Source: an uncultured Bacilli bacterium
GTDB lineage: Bacteria; Bacillota_I; Bacilli_A; RF39; UBA660
Reading direction: 5' to 3'
Assembly (NCBI GenBank): GCA_947581765.1
Contig: CANPVU010000004.1
Coordinates: forward strand, 1-61,577
DNA: 61,577 nt
The translations under genes were made by a program, and so were the position numbers. Numbering within the stretch: position 1 is the stretch's first letter; each line of letters opens with the position of its first letter. Positions 9,456 through 19,423 of the stretch are shown piece after piece. The notes beneath the pieces are model-generated. The model made no database searches and had not been told where the DNA came from. It saw only the letters and a list, made by a program, of their open reading frames with translations.

Positions 9456-11870
9456 TTAACAATTAATTCCTTTAACTTTTAATTCCTCTAATTCATCTTT
9501 AGTATCAACTTCATACCATTTCTTCTTCTCTTCTTTTCCAACATGTTTTTTCTCAAGCAATAACCATATTCTAGTTGCTATAAATATAGATGAATATGTA
9601 CCACATACTAATCCAACTAATAATGCATAGTTAAAGTTTATTATTTCATGAGAACCTAAAATCATAAGACATACAACAGGTATAATTGTAGTAATAGATG
9701 TAACAAAACTTCTTGATACGGTCTCTTTTAAGCTTGTATTTACAAGTTCTTTTAATTCATCATATGTTTTAACTTTATCTTTATATAATTTACGTTTATT
9801 CTCACGAATTCTATCAAATGTAACAATAGTATCATTTATTGAATATCCAATTATAGAAAGAATAGCTGCAATAAATATAGTTGATACTTCTAATCTAAAT
9901 ACGCTAAATACTATCACTATCATTGCCACATCATGTAATAATGTAATTATAGCAGAAATACCATATCTAAATGTAAATCTTAATGTTACATAAATTATAA
10001 TACCTATAGCTGCTAATATTAATGATTTAATAGCATTCTTTATTAATTCTTTTTTTACTGTATTTGATACAGAACCAATACTTGTAGTTGAACCTTTATA
10101 TTTATCTGAGAAATAATTCTCTATCTTTTCTACATCTTCATTATCTAAAGTAGTTTTAATAGTAGCATATACTAATTTATCATTTAAATTATCAATATCT
10201 TCTACTTCATATCCTTTACTTTCTAACTCCTCTTTTATTGTAGAACTTTTAATATTTTCTTTAGTACTAAGTGAAACACTAGAACCTCCTTTAAAATCTA
10301 TACTTAAGTTTAATCCCTTAAATCCAGTCCAAATTCCACCAGCTACTATAATTAATACAGTTAATATTGCAAATTTATTAATATGTTTTATATAATTTAT
10401 TCTCTTTGTTAATGGTTGTTTATCTATATTTTTAAGTCCTATAAATGCATTATAATGTTCCTTAAATTTACCACTATTTACAAACTTATTTAATAAATAA
10501 CGAACTAATAATACCATTACAAGTAATGTAACAACAATACTTATAATTAACATAGTTGCAAATCCTTTAACACTACTTTCACCAAATGCAAATAAGACAA
10601 TAGCTGCTATCATTGTAGTAATATTTGAATCTATAATAGCACCTAGTGAATTTTTATTACCTAGTTTAAATGAATCAATTAAATTATTTTTTGCTCTTAG
10701 TTCATCTTTTATTCTTTCAAAACAAAGTACGGTTGAGTCTACTGCCATACCTATACCTATTACTAGTGCTGCAATAGAAGGTAATGTTAATCTTCCACCT
10801 ACTAAATTAAATACAGCAAACGTAATCATAGTATAAGCAATAATACCTATAGAAGCTATAAATCCACTAAATCTGTATACAATTATCATAAATAATATTA
10901 TAAGTCCAACTGCTATTACACCTGCTATTAAAGTATTATTAAGTGCATCTTTACCAAATGATGCATCTACAGTTTTACTAGATAATTCAACTAATTTAGT
11001 AGGTAAACTACCTGAATTAATTAAATCAGCAAGACTTTGTGCTTCCTCAGAAGTAAAATTACCGGTAAGAGATACATGATCTCCTGTTAACTCACCATTT
11101 ATTGATGCATACGAAATACATCTTGAATCATTAAGTGAACCACAATTTTGTTGTTCTTCACTAAATGAATCTTCTTTTTCATCAAAATCAAGCCATATAA
11201 CCATTACATCTCCTGATTTTCTTATTTTTTCAGTTTCTTTGTGAAAAGTATCTACATCTGCAATTTGTAAATCTAGATAATAATTTCCTACATTCTTATC
11301 ATCATATGCAACTCTTACTCCATTTGGTTTTAATACATCTGAAGTCATTACTAATTCATCTTTACTATTTCTAAAAGTTAAATTAGCCATTGAACTTAAT
11401 GTTTCTTTTGCCTGATTTTTATCCTTAACACCTGCAAGTTGAATTCTTATATTTTTATCTTCAATAGATATTTCTGGTTCACTAACACCTAATATATCAA
11501 TACGTTTTAGTATAGTCTTATATGTATTAGTAACAGACTCTTTACTTACCTCTTTACCATCTATATCCTGTACTTCATATAAAATCTCAAATCCACCCTG
11601 TAAATCTAATCCAAACTTAGTATTTTTAAATATAGGATATAATAAAACACTAGAAACAATTAATACAATTAAAGAAACTACTAATCCAAGTGCAAATGAC
11701 TTATTTTCAGCTTTTCTTTGTTTTTTCTGTCTAATATCTTTTTTAGAAATAACTTTACTTGTAGTTTTTATAGACTTTTTATCATCATCTTTTTTATTTA
11801 CTTCTTTTTTTGAAGTACTTTTAACTTTAACATTATCTTTTTCGTTGTCAATCTTTTTTTTACTACTCAT
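9456..11870 (-). CDS. secDF: Protein translocase subunit SecDF fusion
   Basis: GLDLQGGFE, GMAVD, FERIKDE, DFKGG and GYSINDTIVTFDRIRE motifs. Confidence 0.96.
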   Translation of the reverse strand: MSSKKKIDNEKDNVKVKSTSKKEVNKKDDDKKSIKTTSKVISKKDIRQKKQRKAENKSFALGLVVSLIVLIVSSVLLYPIFKNTKFGLDLQGGFEILYEVQDIDGKEVSKESVTNTYKTILKRIDILGVSEPEISIEDKNIRIQLAGVKDKNQAKETLSSMANLTFRNSKDELVMTSDVLKPNGVRVAYDDKNVGNYYLDLQIADVDTFHKETEKIRKSGDVMVIWLDFDEKEDSFSEEQQNCGSLNDSRCISYASINGELTGDHVSLTGNFTSEEAQSLADLINSGSLPTKLVELSSKTVDASFGKDALNNTLIAGVIAVGLIILFMIIVYRFSGFIASIGIIAYTMITFAVFNLVGGRLTLPSIAALVIGIGMAVDSTVLCFERIKDELRAKNNLIDSFKLGNKNSLGAIIDSNITTMIAAIVLFAFGESSVKGFATMLIISIVVTLLVMVLLVRYLLNKFVNSGKFKEHYNAFIGLKNIDKQPLTKRINYIKHINKFAILTVLIIVAGGIWTGFKGLNLSIDFKGGSSVSLSTKENIKSSTIKEELESKGYEVEDIDNLNDKLVYATIKTTLDNEDVEKIENYFSDKYKGSTTSIGSVSNTVKKELIKNAIKSLILAAIGIIIYVTLRFTFRYGISAIITLLHDVAMIVIVFSVFRLEVSTIFIAAILSIIGYSINDTIVTFDRIRENKRKLYKDKVKTYDELKELVNTSLKETVSRSFVTSITTIIPVVCLMILGSHEIINFNYALLVGLVCGTYSSIFIATRIWLLLEKKHVGKEEKKKWYEVDTKDELEELKVKGINC

Positions 11871-11879
11871 AATACCACC

Positions 11880-12116
11880 CTAACTATTTTTCTTGTAATT
11901 ATTAATCTCTTCATTGTCTAAGCCTAGTACATCCGATACCATCTTATATATATGCATATCATTTTCATCTTTCCATGTAACATCTGTAAGATAATTCCAA
12001 ATATCTACTTTAGTTAAATCAGGATAATCATTTCTCAATAATTGAATTTCTTTTGTTTCTAAAACTGGCAATAATAATTCATATAGTTCACGTCCATTAT
12101 TAAACTTTAAATCCAT
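11880..12116 (-). CDS. comN: ComN/YrzD-like post-transcriptional regulator
   Basis: P.L..K..Q.....Y...T..DIWNYL....WK pattern; position between spoVB and secDF as in B. subtilis. Confidence 0.7.
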   Translation of the reverse strand: MDLKFNNGRELYELLLPVLETKEIQLLRNDYPDLTKVDIWNYLTDVTWKDENDMHIYKMVSDVLGLDNEEINNYKKNS

Positions 12117-12183
12117 ATACTATTCCCTCAACTTCTCACATATAATATTATATATCAAATAACTTTATTTTTAAAGGAGAATA

Positions 12184-13494
12184 ATGAAAAAAAGCAAATT
12201 TATTAAATCTAGTATTATACTAATTATTGGTGGTATGTTTACAAAAGTACTTGGTATGTTAGTAAAAATTATATTAACAAGAAAAATAGGAACACAAGGA
12301 ATTGGACTATATTCTCTTATATCTCCTACATTTTTACTATTAATATCAATAAGTGGAATGGGACTTACAACAGCCCTAAATGTATTAATATCATCTAAAA
12401 AATACAACATTAAAAATATTATGATATATGCACTATTTATATCTTTATCACTTGATATATTAATAACAATATTTTTATTCTTTACATCAAAATATATAGC
12501 AGTTAAATTATTAAACAATGAATCATTATACTTACCAATACTATCTATGGGATTTGTACTACCATTTATATCAGTATCTAATATTTTTAGAAGTTATTAT
12601 TTTTCTAAAGAAAGAATGTATCCTCATGTAATAAGTAATATTATAGAAGACGTAGTTAAATTATTATTAATAATATTATTTATAGATCACATAATATCTA
12701 ATACAAGACTAACACTTACATTTATAATAATGACAAATATATTTAGTGAACTATCTTCTATATTTATATTTTTAGCATGCTTTCCAAAATTTAATATTAC
12801 TAAAGACGATTTAAAATTTAATAAAAGAAATATGAAAGCAGTATTTAAAATATCAATACCTACTACTATATCAAGATTAATAGGTTCAATTACATACTTC
12901 TTAGAACCAATAATACTTACATTTACACTTGTTAAAGTTGGATACTCTAATGAATACATAATATCAGAATATGGAATAATTAATGGATATGTACTACCTA
13001 TAATATTACTTCCATCATTTTTAACTAGTGCTATATCACAAGCATTAATACCAAGTATAAGTGAATCATATTATAATAAGAAATACAATGAACTAAACTA
13101 TAAAATTAATCAAGCATTACTTATTTCGTTATTTATAGGAATATTTTTTACTATAGTATTTGTAATTGGTGGTGATACATTTCTTAATATAATGTATAAA
13201 ACTAATGAAGGAAGCTCATATATTAAGCTTTTAGCACCTATATTTATATTTCACTATATAGAAAATCCACTACTTAGTACATTACAAGCAATGAATAAAG
13301 CAAAAATTAATATGAAAATCTCAATAATAAATATGTTTATTAGAACAGTTATATTAGCAATACTATGTAGTTTAAAAATAAGACTATATGGTCTTATAAT
13401 TGCACTATCACTTAATATTATATTTACATGTTTTTATGCATGGTATAAAATTAATAAAATTATACAAAAGGAACAAAAAAGAATTATGCCTTGA
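12184..13494 (+). CDS. spoVB: MOP-family flippase, SpoVB-like
   Basis: Multi-TM MOP/MATE protein (TRKIGTQGIGLY, LPSFLTSAISQALIPSISE); divergent from comN-secDF like B. subtilis spoVB. Confidence 0.75.
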   Translation: MKKSKFIKSSIILIIGGMFTKVLGMLVKIILTRKIGTQGIGLYSLISPTFLLLISISGMGLTTALNVLISSKKYNIKNIMIYALFISLSLDILITIFLFFTSKYIAVKLLNNESLYLPILSMGFVLPFISVSNIFRSYYFSKERMYPHVISNIIEDVVKLLLIILFIDHIISNTRLTLTFIIMTNIFSELSSIFIFLACFPKFNITKDDLKFNKRNMKAVFKISIPTTISRLIGSITYFLEPIILTFTLVKVGYSNEYIISEYGIINGYVLPIILLPSFLTSAISQALIPSISESYYNKKYNELNYKINQALLISLFIGIFFTIVFVIGGDTFLNIMYKTNEGSSYIKLLAPIFIFHYIENPLLSTLQAMNKAKINMKISIINMFIRTVILAILCSLKIRLYGLIIALSLNIIFTCFYAWYKINKIIQKEQKRIMP

Positions 13495-13502
13495 TAATTC
13501 TT

Positions 13503-14342
13503 CTACTTATTCTTCTTTGTATTATAGCATAGTATAATATTTTGAAGTAACATAGCAAGTGCTACTGTATTAACACCATTTTCTACTGTTGTAATATATG
13601 AAGCTTTCTTAGATACTTTATCAAAATCTACATCACCTACTACTGAATCATTAAATCCACTAATTCCAACATCAATTACTACAGCACCATCTTTTACCAT
13701 ATCTTCTTTTATTATACATGGAATTCCAGTTGCAGATATTAATATATCTGCATTTTTAGTATACTCAGCTAAAGACTTAGTCTTACTATGACATATAGTA
13801 ACAGTAGCATCACGACTAAGTAACATATTAGCTATTGGTCTACCCGTTGCTTTTCCTCTACCTACAACTACTACATTTTTTCCTGCAACTTGTATATTAT
13901 TTTGTGATAATATATAATCAACAGCTAAAGCAGTACATGGTATTAAAGCCTTTTTACCATTTATAAATCTTCCAACATTTATATCTGTCATACCCTCTAC
14001 ATCTTTACCATTACTTATAGTATTTATAATTCTTTTTTCATTATACTGTACAGGTAAAGGTAGCTCTATTATAATTCCATTAACATACTCATCATTATTT
14101 AATTCTTTTATTTTATTAATAATAGTTAACTCAGGTGTTCCATCTTCAAATTTATATGATCTAAAATATATTCCTACCGAGCTACATACTTTTTCTTTTT
14201 TAGAACTAAAATATTGTCCTGATATACTATCTCCTACCTGTATAACAGCAACACTTGGTCTTATCATACAATTTTTTATATCAGCTTTAATTGTATCTTG
14301 AATTGTACTGCATAATTCCGTTCCATCTATAACTACGCTCAT
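13503..14342 (-). CDS. folD: Methylenetetrahydrofolate dehydrogenase/cyclohydrolase (divergent)
   Basis: YxxxK, ELPLP, KDVEG, PCTA, ATVTICHSKT and VIDVG motifs. Start refined to ATG at 14342 behind a GGGGTGA RBS. Confidence 0.9.
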   Translation of the reverse strand: MSVVIDGTELCSTIQDTIKADIKNCMIRPSVAVIQVGDSISGQYFSSKKEKVCSSVGIYFRSYKFEDGTPELTIINKIKELNNDEYVNGIIIELPLPVQYNEKRIINTISNGKDVEGMTDINVGRFINGKKALIPCTALAVDYILSQNNIQVAGKNVVVVGRGKATGRPIANMLLSRDATVTICHSKTKSLAEYTKNADILISATGIPCIIKEDMVKDGAVVIDVGISGFNDSVVGDVDFDKVSKKASYITTVENGVNTVALAMLLQNIILCYNTKKNK

Positions 14343-14481
14343 TATCTCACCCCATAACTTTTTTAATAGAGAACTTATTATCCCTATCATTACCCTAATT
14401 ATAACAAATTTATGAGCATTTCAAACAAAAAATTAATTTTTTAGAAAATTTTACATATTTTTGTGTAAACAAAAATTTATG

Positions 14482-15228
14482 CTACTGCATAAATTCTTCA
14501 TACTTTGGTAAGACTTCTTCTGGCGTTCCAATCATCTTTACTTCTCCATCATTTAACCATAAAACTTCATTACATAGCTCTGCAATTGTACCTAAACTAT
14601 GTGATACTATTATTACAGTTCTATGCTCATCCGATATTAATTCTTTCATTTTATTATAACTTTTTTCTTTGAAAGTTTTATCTCCTACTGATAATACTTC
14701 ATCTATTAACATTATATCTGTTTCAAGTATAGCAGTAATTGCAAATGCTAATTTAGAATACATACCTGATGAATAAGTCTTAACTGGCTTATTAATAAAA
14801 TCACCTATATCTGCAAAATCAATTATTTCTTTTTCTTTCTTATTTATTTCTGCTTCTGAAAATCCTAACAACATACCTGATAAATAAATATTTTCTTTAC
14901 CAGTTAACTTTTTATTAAATCCTACTCCTATAGAAAGTAATGATATTGAATTACCATGTAAATCAATACTACCCTTATCCGGTGAAAATATACCTGCAAT
15001 AGCACGTAACATAGTAGATTTACCAGAACCATTCTTTCCTATAATTCCTAATATTTTTCCTTCTTCTACCTCAAAACTAACACCTTTTAAAGCTTGGAAT
15101 AACTCTACCTTATTTTTTAATTTACCCCAAGATGCCCTAATAGAAGTCTTCTTAAGACCTCTATAAGTAATATGTAAATTTTTAACAGTTATAGCTATTT
15201 GCTTATTATTTTTTTGTTTATTTTTCAT
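14482..15228 (-). CDS. ABC transporter ATP-binding subunit, TagH/Wzt family
   Basis: GKNGSGKST, YSSGM and IDEVLSVGD motifs. Confidence 0.92.
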   Translation of the reverse strand: MKNKQKNNKQIAITVKNLHITYRGLKKTSIRASWGKLKNKVELFQALKGVSFEVEEGKILGIIGKNGSGKSTMLRAIAGIFSPDKGSIDLHGNSISLLSIGVGFNKKLTGKENIYLSGMLLGFSEAEINKKEKEIIDFADIGDFINKPVKTYSSGMYSKLAFAITAILETDIMLIDEVLSVGDKTFKEKSYNKMKELISDEHRTVIIVSHSLGTIAELCNEVLWLNDGEVKMIGTPEEVLPKYEEFMQ

Positions 15229-15230
15229 AC

Positions 15231-16013
15231 TTAAATCACCTTCGCATAACTATTTTCATTTTTATGTATAACATGTACTCCAATAGCACACAACAAAGCT
15301 CCAACAAAAAGCCATACAATTAACATCACAAAACTTGGAAATTTATTATATATTAGTACTTTTCTTAGTTCATTCATTATAAATGCTATAGGATTACAAA
15401 ATAGTAATATATGTGATAAAGTACCTTTTAATTTAGTTGTAATATTATAAAATACTCCTGATAAATAAAATACCATTCTAAGTCCTATATTAGTTAAATT
15501 AGATAAATCATTAAACGTTACACCAAAATGCATTAGTATTAAACCTAATCCAAAAGAAAAAACGTATAAAACAATTAATATAGGTATAAAAAATATTATA
15601 TGCCAAGTTATTGGTACATGCTGATATAACATTAATGCAAAAGTAATAATTAATGATATCGACATTTTAAATAAATATGTAAAAGATTTTGATAACAATA
15701 ATATATATTTTGGAATATATACCTTAGTAACTAAATCTCTATTATTAGTTATTAAATTTACACTACCTGTAATCATTCTATTAAAAAATTCCCAACAAGT
15801 TAATCCTACAAATACAAATGATGCAAAAAATGGTTCTTTATTTTTAAATACTACACCAAATACAAAAGTATATATTAACATAAAACAAATAGGTTCTATA
15901 ATCCACCATAACCAATTCAAATAAGAATCTGCAACTTCACTTTTAAGTTCAGCCTTAGCAGAGTATACAGCATATTTATAATACTTTCTTAAGTTTAAAA
16001 TAAATCTATTCAT
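15231..16013 (-). CDS. ABC-2 permease, TagG/Wzm family
   Basis: LNWLWWIIEP, FYLSGVFY and NP motifs. Start refined to ATG at 16013 after GGAGG. Confidence 0.9.
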   Translation of the reverse strand: MNRFILNLRKYYKYAVYSAKAELKSEVADSYLNWLWWIIEPICFMLIYTFVFGVVFKNKEPFFASFVFVGLTCWEFFNRMITGSVNLITNNRDLVTKVYIPKYILLLSKSFTYLFKMSISLIITFALMLYQHVPITWHIIFFIPILIVLYVFSFGLGLILMHFGVTFNDLSNLTNIGLRMVFYLSGVFYNITTKLKGTLSHILLFCNPIAFIMNELRKVLIYNKFPSFVMLIVWLFVGALLCAIGVHVIHKNENSYAKVI

Positions 16014-16023
16014 AAAGCCTCCA

Positions 16024-16584
16024 TTAATCTTTACTAAAAATACTAAGTACTCTTGCAAAATTATATAGTATTTTATTTCCATTACTAATTGCTATAGGTT
16101 TTTCAAATGCTTTTCCACCTATAGTAAGAGCTGCTATAAATCCAGTTGTAAGTAAACTACTTATTAAAGCAGATATATTAAATGTCTGAGTTAATCTAGT
16201 TGCAACAGCAACACCTGCTGCTCCAGATATTATACCACATATATCACCTATTACATCACAACAAAATGATGATACTTTAGCAGAATTTTTCTTTAATTCA
16301 ACTGCCTTTTTAGCACCTTTAATCTTTTTAGAGCTCATGGAATGAAGTGGTGCTTCATCAGCACTAGTAACTGCAATACCTATAGTATCAAATAAAATAC
16401 CTATAAAAATAAATAATAAAATAACTATAGTTCCTACAAATATTCCAACATCTTTCATAGCTATCTCAGATATAAAAGATAATCCGATAGATATTAATGC
16501 AGCCATAAACATTAAATACAGGCTCCATCTTAAATTACTATCCTTCTTCTTTTCTTTTCTCTTTGACATACTTTGCTTAATCAC
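16024..16584 (-). CDS. oapA: OLE-associated protein A (DUF21/CNNM-related membrane protein)
   Basis: 4 TM; GILFDTIGIAVT, CDVIGDICGIISG (DxxxD) and ALTIGGKA motifs of OapA; immediately downstream of the OLE RNA. Start may be ATG at 16569. Confidence 0.88.
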   Translation of the reverse strand: MIKQSMSKRKEKKKDSNLRWSLYLMFMAALISIGLSFISEIAMKDVGIFVGTIVILLFIFIGILFDTIGIAVTSADEAPLHSMSSKKIKGAKKAVELKKNSAKVSSFCCDVIGDICGIISGAAGVAVATRLTQTFNISALISSLLTTGFIAALTIGGKAFEKPIAISNGNKILYNFARVLSIFSKD

Positions 16585-16598
16585 TCCATAACAACATA

Positions 16599-16627
16599 AT
16601 TTTATCTTATTTATATAACTTTGTCAA
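16599..16627 (-). promoter_or_regulatory. sigmaA-type promoter of oapA-wzm-wzt
   Basis: TTGACA (16622-16627), 17 bp spacer, TAAAAT (16599-16604) on the minus strand. Confidence 0.65.
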
Positions 16628-16709
16628 TCAACTAAGTTTTTATCATTCTAATATAATGATATTGTTTTTATTTAATATCCATTTTTACTTTTAATATATA
16701 ATTGGCAAT

Positions 16710-16742
16710 AAAAAAACTATTAACAAATTACTTGTCAACAGT
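16710..16742 (-). terminator. Intrinsic terminator after OLE RNA
   Basis: ACTGTTGACAAG-taa-TTTGTTAATAGT 12-bp stem (3 G-U pairs) followed by a U-tract. Confidence 0.7.
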
Positions 16743-16764
16743 CCGTTCTCTAAACATAGAGATT

Positions 16765-17353
16765 AATATTATGGCATATAATATAGTTAATTTTACGTCA
16801 TAGGTCAAGCAGATTTTCTCTAGTTTCCACAATTCGTTACCAAATTGCGGTTCCCCTTTAAGGAAACCAATACAACATCACTGTTTGTATGGCTTGATTA
16901 CCACTTAGTACGCACTTTAATCCCATATTAAATAACATTCTAGGAGATTTCCTCACCAGTTCATCTATTACTAGTACTCTTTTGCAATAATTGTTTCAAA
17001 TCAATAAACCATTAATAAACTTAGCTACTGTATTATTAATACTCAATTATCCCCAATAATCACTCAAGACAAGCTACACTACCCGCAACTTTCATCACAT
17101 GGTAGGTTTAATCCTAAATCGTATCTGGTCCATCAGTATGGAACGTATAGGCCAAACACAAAAATAGGTCTCCATGAATGCTGGGTCATTTGCACATGCC
17201 ATTGTGGATGCCCAACACTCTACCTTCCAGCATTCACCCTAAACTGGGCGTAAAAAGCAAACACCAGAAGTTTCACAGTTATGCTCTTATGCGGTATTTT
17301 AACCCCGCCCTCATAATAGATGGCTCTGACTAGAATAATGCGCCATCAATATT
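16765..17353 (-). ncRNA. ole: OLE RNA (ornate large extremophilic RNA), ~590 nt
   Basis: GC-elevated ORF-free stretch. Minus strand has OLE-like conserved blocks in the expected order (TCTAGTCAG...GAGGGCGGG, GCCCAGT, GGCATCCACAATGGCATGTG, AGTGTAGCTTGTCTTGAGTG, TGCAAAAGAG, GAGGAAATCTCCTAGA, AAGTGCGTACTAAGTGGTAATC, TTAAAGGGGAACCGC, GACCTATGACGTAA). The 5' end AATATTGATGGCG pairs with the 3' end TGCCATAATATT; oapA follows. Recognised from memory, not by a covariance-model search. Confidence 0.9.
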
Positions 17354-17357
17354 CAGT

Positions 17358-17386
17358 ATTTTATCAAATTTAACAATTAATGTCAA
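17358..17386 (-). promoter_or_regulatory. sigmaA-type promoter of OLE RNA
   Basis: TTGACA (17381-17386), 17 bp spacer, TAAAAT (17358-17363) with extended TG; predicted start ~17351, at the OLE 5' end. Confidence 0.75.
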
Positions 17387-17420
17387 ATTTACACATACCT
17401 ATAAAAGTATATTATTTTTA

Positions 17421-18548
17421 TTAATTATTAGAACTATTTAGAGTCAAAACTTTTTTTTTACACAAAAGAGCTTCTTCCCTAGTTTTCATTGCCATTTCAT
17501 CAAAGTTTTCCAAGTAATCTAGTGTTCTTGCAAATCCATTAAATATATCATATCTTGGACTCCATAATAATTCATTTCTTACTTTTTCTGTAGATAATAT
17601 TCCAAGAGTAAATGCTGCTGTACCTTGATTTACATTACCTTGTGGTATATCAAATACTAATTTTAAATTTCTTTCTGGATAAATACTTACTAAAGTTTCT
17701 GCTAATTGTCTAACACTTGTTTTATCCTTTTCATTAGCAACATTATATACTATATCTTTTCCATTTAATATAATGTTAAACATAGCACTTATAGCATCAC
17801 TAATATAAGTATATGTTCTAATAGATGCCCCTTCACTATGAAGTACTATATCTTCATTACTTACTACATTTCTTAAAAAATCTGCCTGTACTCTTCCATC
17901 ATCAATAGTCATTCCAGGTCCATAAGTATGTGCTAAACGAATTATCTTACTATTTAATCCATACTCAGTATGTGCTGATGAACACATATTCTCAGCAGCC
18001 TTCTTCCCTTCTGCATATCCATTTCTAGGTACTAATGGATCTACTTGTCCTAATAGTCCATCTTCAGTAAAAAATTCTTGTCCTTCCATAGGTTGTCCAT
18101 ATATTTCTCTTGAAGAAATATACGCATATGCTTTTACATTTTTTAAAAGTGCAAGCTTTATCGTATTAGCAGTACCTAGCGTATTAGCAAAGTTAGTTTC
18201 TAATGGCTTTTCTTTCATAATCTTTGGTGATGCTGGTGATGCTGCATGAACTATATAATCTATATCAAAATCTAAATTTATAGGATTACTTACATCTTGT
18301 ATAACAGGACGAACATAACTTTTAGATAATACTTCTTTATTTAGTTTATTAATATTTCTAACAAGTGGTACTATTGTAATATTTCTTCCATAGTCTTCAT
18401 TTAATTTCATTAACGTATATACAAAATAACTTCCTACCATTCCACTTGCACCTGTTATCATAAAAGTACAATTATCTAATTGTTGTAATTTATTATTATC
18501 TTCAATTATTTGTGTTACATCTTCATCAATTATTCTATTTAATATCAT
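17421..18548 (-). CDS. NAD-dependent epimerase/dehydratase (extended SDR), probably a CDP-alditol-forming reductase
   Basis: ITGASGMVG, HAASPASP and YAEGK (YxxxK) motifs; paired with an IspD/TarI-like gene. Confidence 0.85.
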   Translation of the reverse strand: MILNRIIDEDVTQIIEDNNKLQQLDNCTFMITGASGMVGSYFVYTLMKLNEDYGRNITIVPLVRNINKLNKEVLSKSYVRPVIQDVSNPINLDFDIDYIVHAASPASPKIMKEKPLETNFANTLGTANTIKLALLKNVKAYAYISSREIYGQPMEGQEFFTEDGLLGQVDPLVPRNGYAEGKKAAENMCSSAHTEYGLNSKIIRLAHTYGPGMTIDDGRVQADFLRNVVSNEDIVLHSEGASIRTYTYISDAISAMFNIILNGKDIVYNVANEKDKTSVRQLAETLVSIYPERNLKLVFDIPQGNVNQGTAAFTLGILSTEKVRNELLWSPRYDIFNGFARTLDYLENFDEMAMKTREEALLCKKKVLTLNSSNN

Positions 18549-18549
18549 A

Positions 18550-19404
18550 TTAATTTTCCTCTCCTACATCTTTATTTTTCAAGCGAATTTTTTTCTGATA
18601 CTGCATTGCAGGATTTGGTTTATAATTATCACCATTTTGCCCCATAAAATAATTTTCTATATCCCCACTTTGAAGTATTCCTAAAAGTGAGAAAAAATCT
18701 GAAGTATTAGTAACTTTCATATTATTAGGATTACCAACTACAATAGCACATCTTTCATTAAATGCAGCTTTTATTAAAGATGCAGAATCAACTATTGTTC
18801 CACCTTTATAAGTTCCTGAATAATCAGGATCAATTTCTCTAATTTTATTATGTGCTTCTATTATATGTCCTAATCTAAAACTTTGTGGTGCTACTCCTCT
18901 ATAAAGATTGCTTCTATTTAATGTTGCATCAATATATTCTCCACCTTTACTAAATACTGGAGTTTCTGTAAAAGGTATACATGTAATAGCACTTCCAAAT
19001 TCTTTTACCTTTTTAATATTTTCACTTATTTCAACAGGAGTAACAATTGGTCTTACCCCATCATGAATTAATACTATATCATCATCTGTATTAAATTCTC
19101 TAGCTCTACATAATATCTTATATATTGTATCTTGTCCTGATTTTCCACCTGATACTATTCCATCAGTTGGAATTTTAGAAAATTTATAAACTTGTATTAA
19201 CTCACATAAATATGGTATCCAATCTTCAATACATCCTATATATATTTCATCTATTTCTGGATGATTTTCAAATACTTCAAGAGTATGAACAATTATTTCC
19301 TTACCGTATACTTTAACAAATTGCTTAGGTATCTGTGAACCAAATCTTTGACCAGTTCCTCCAGCAAAAATAATAGCTATATTTTTTTGTTTTCTATCTT
19401 CCAT
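18550..19404 (-). CDS. IspD/TarI-family cytidylyltransferase
   Basis: AGGTGQRF..PKQF, HDGVRP, PQSF and NMKVT motifs. Confidence 0.9.
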   Translation of the reverse strand: MEDRKQKNIAIIFAGGTGQRFGSQIPKQFVKVYGKEIIVHTLEVFENHPEIDEIYIGCIEDWIPYLCELIQVYKFSKIPTDGIVSGGKSGQDTIYKILCRAREFNTDDDIVLIHDGVRPIVTPVEISENIKKVKEFGSAITCIPFTETPVFSKGGEYIDATLNRSNLYRGVAPQSFRLGHIIEAHNKIREIDPDYSGTYKGGTIVDSASLIKAAFNERCAIVVGNPNNMKVTNTSDFFSLLGILQSGDIENYFMGQNGDNYKPNPAMQYQKKIRLKNKDVGEEN

Positions 19405-19423
19405 ACTATCCCTCTACCGCGTA

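Noticed and set aside
16765-17353. RNase P, tmRNA or group I/II intron as identity of the long ncRNA
   Set aside because: Their hallmark motifs were not found; conserved blocks, length and adjacent oapA fit OLE.
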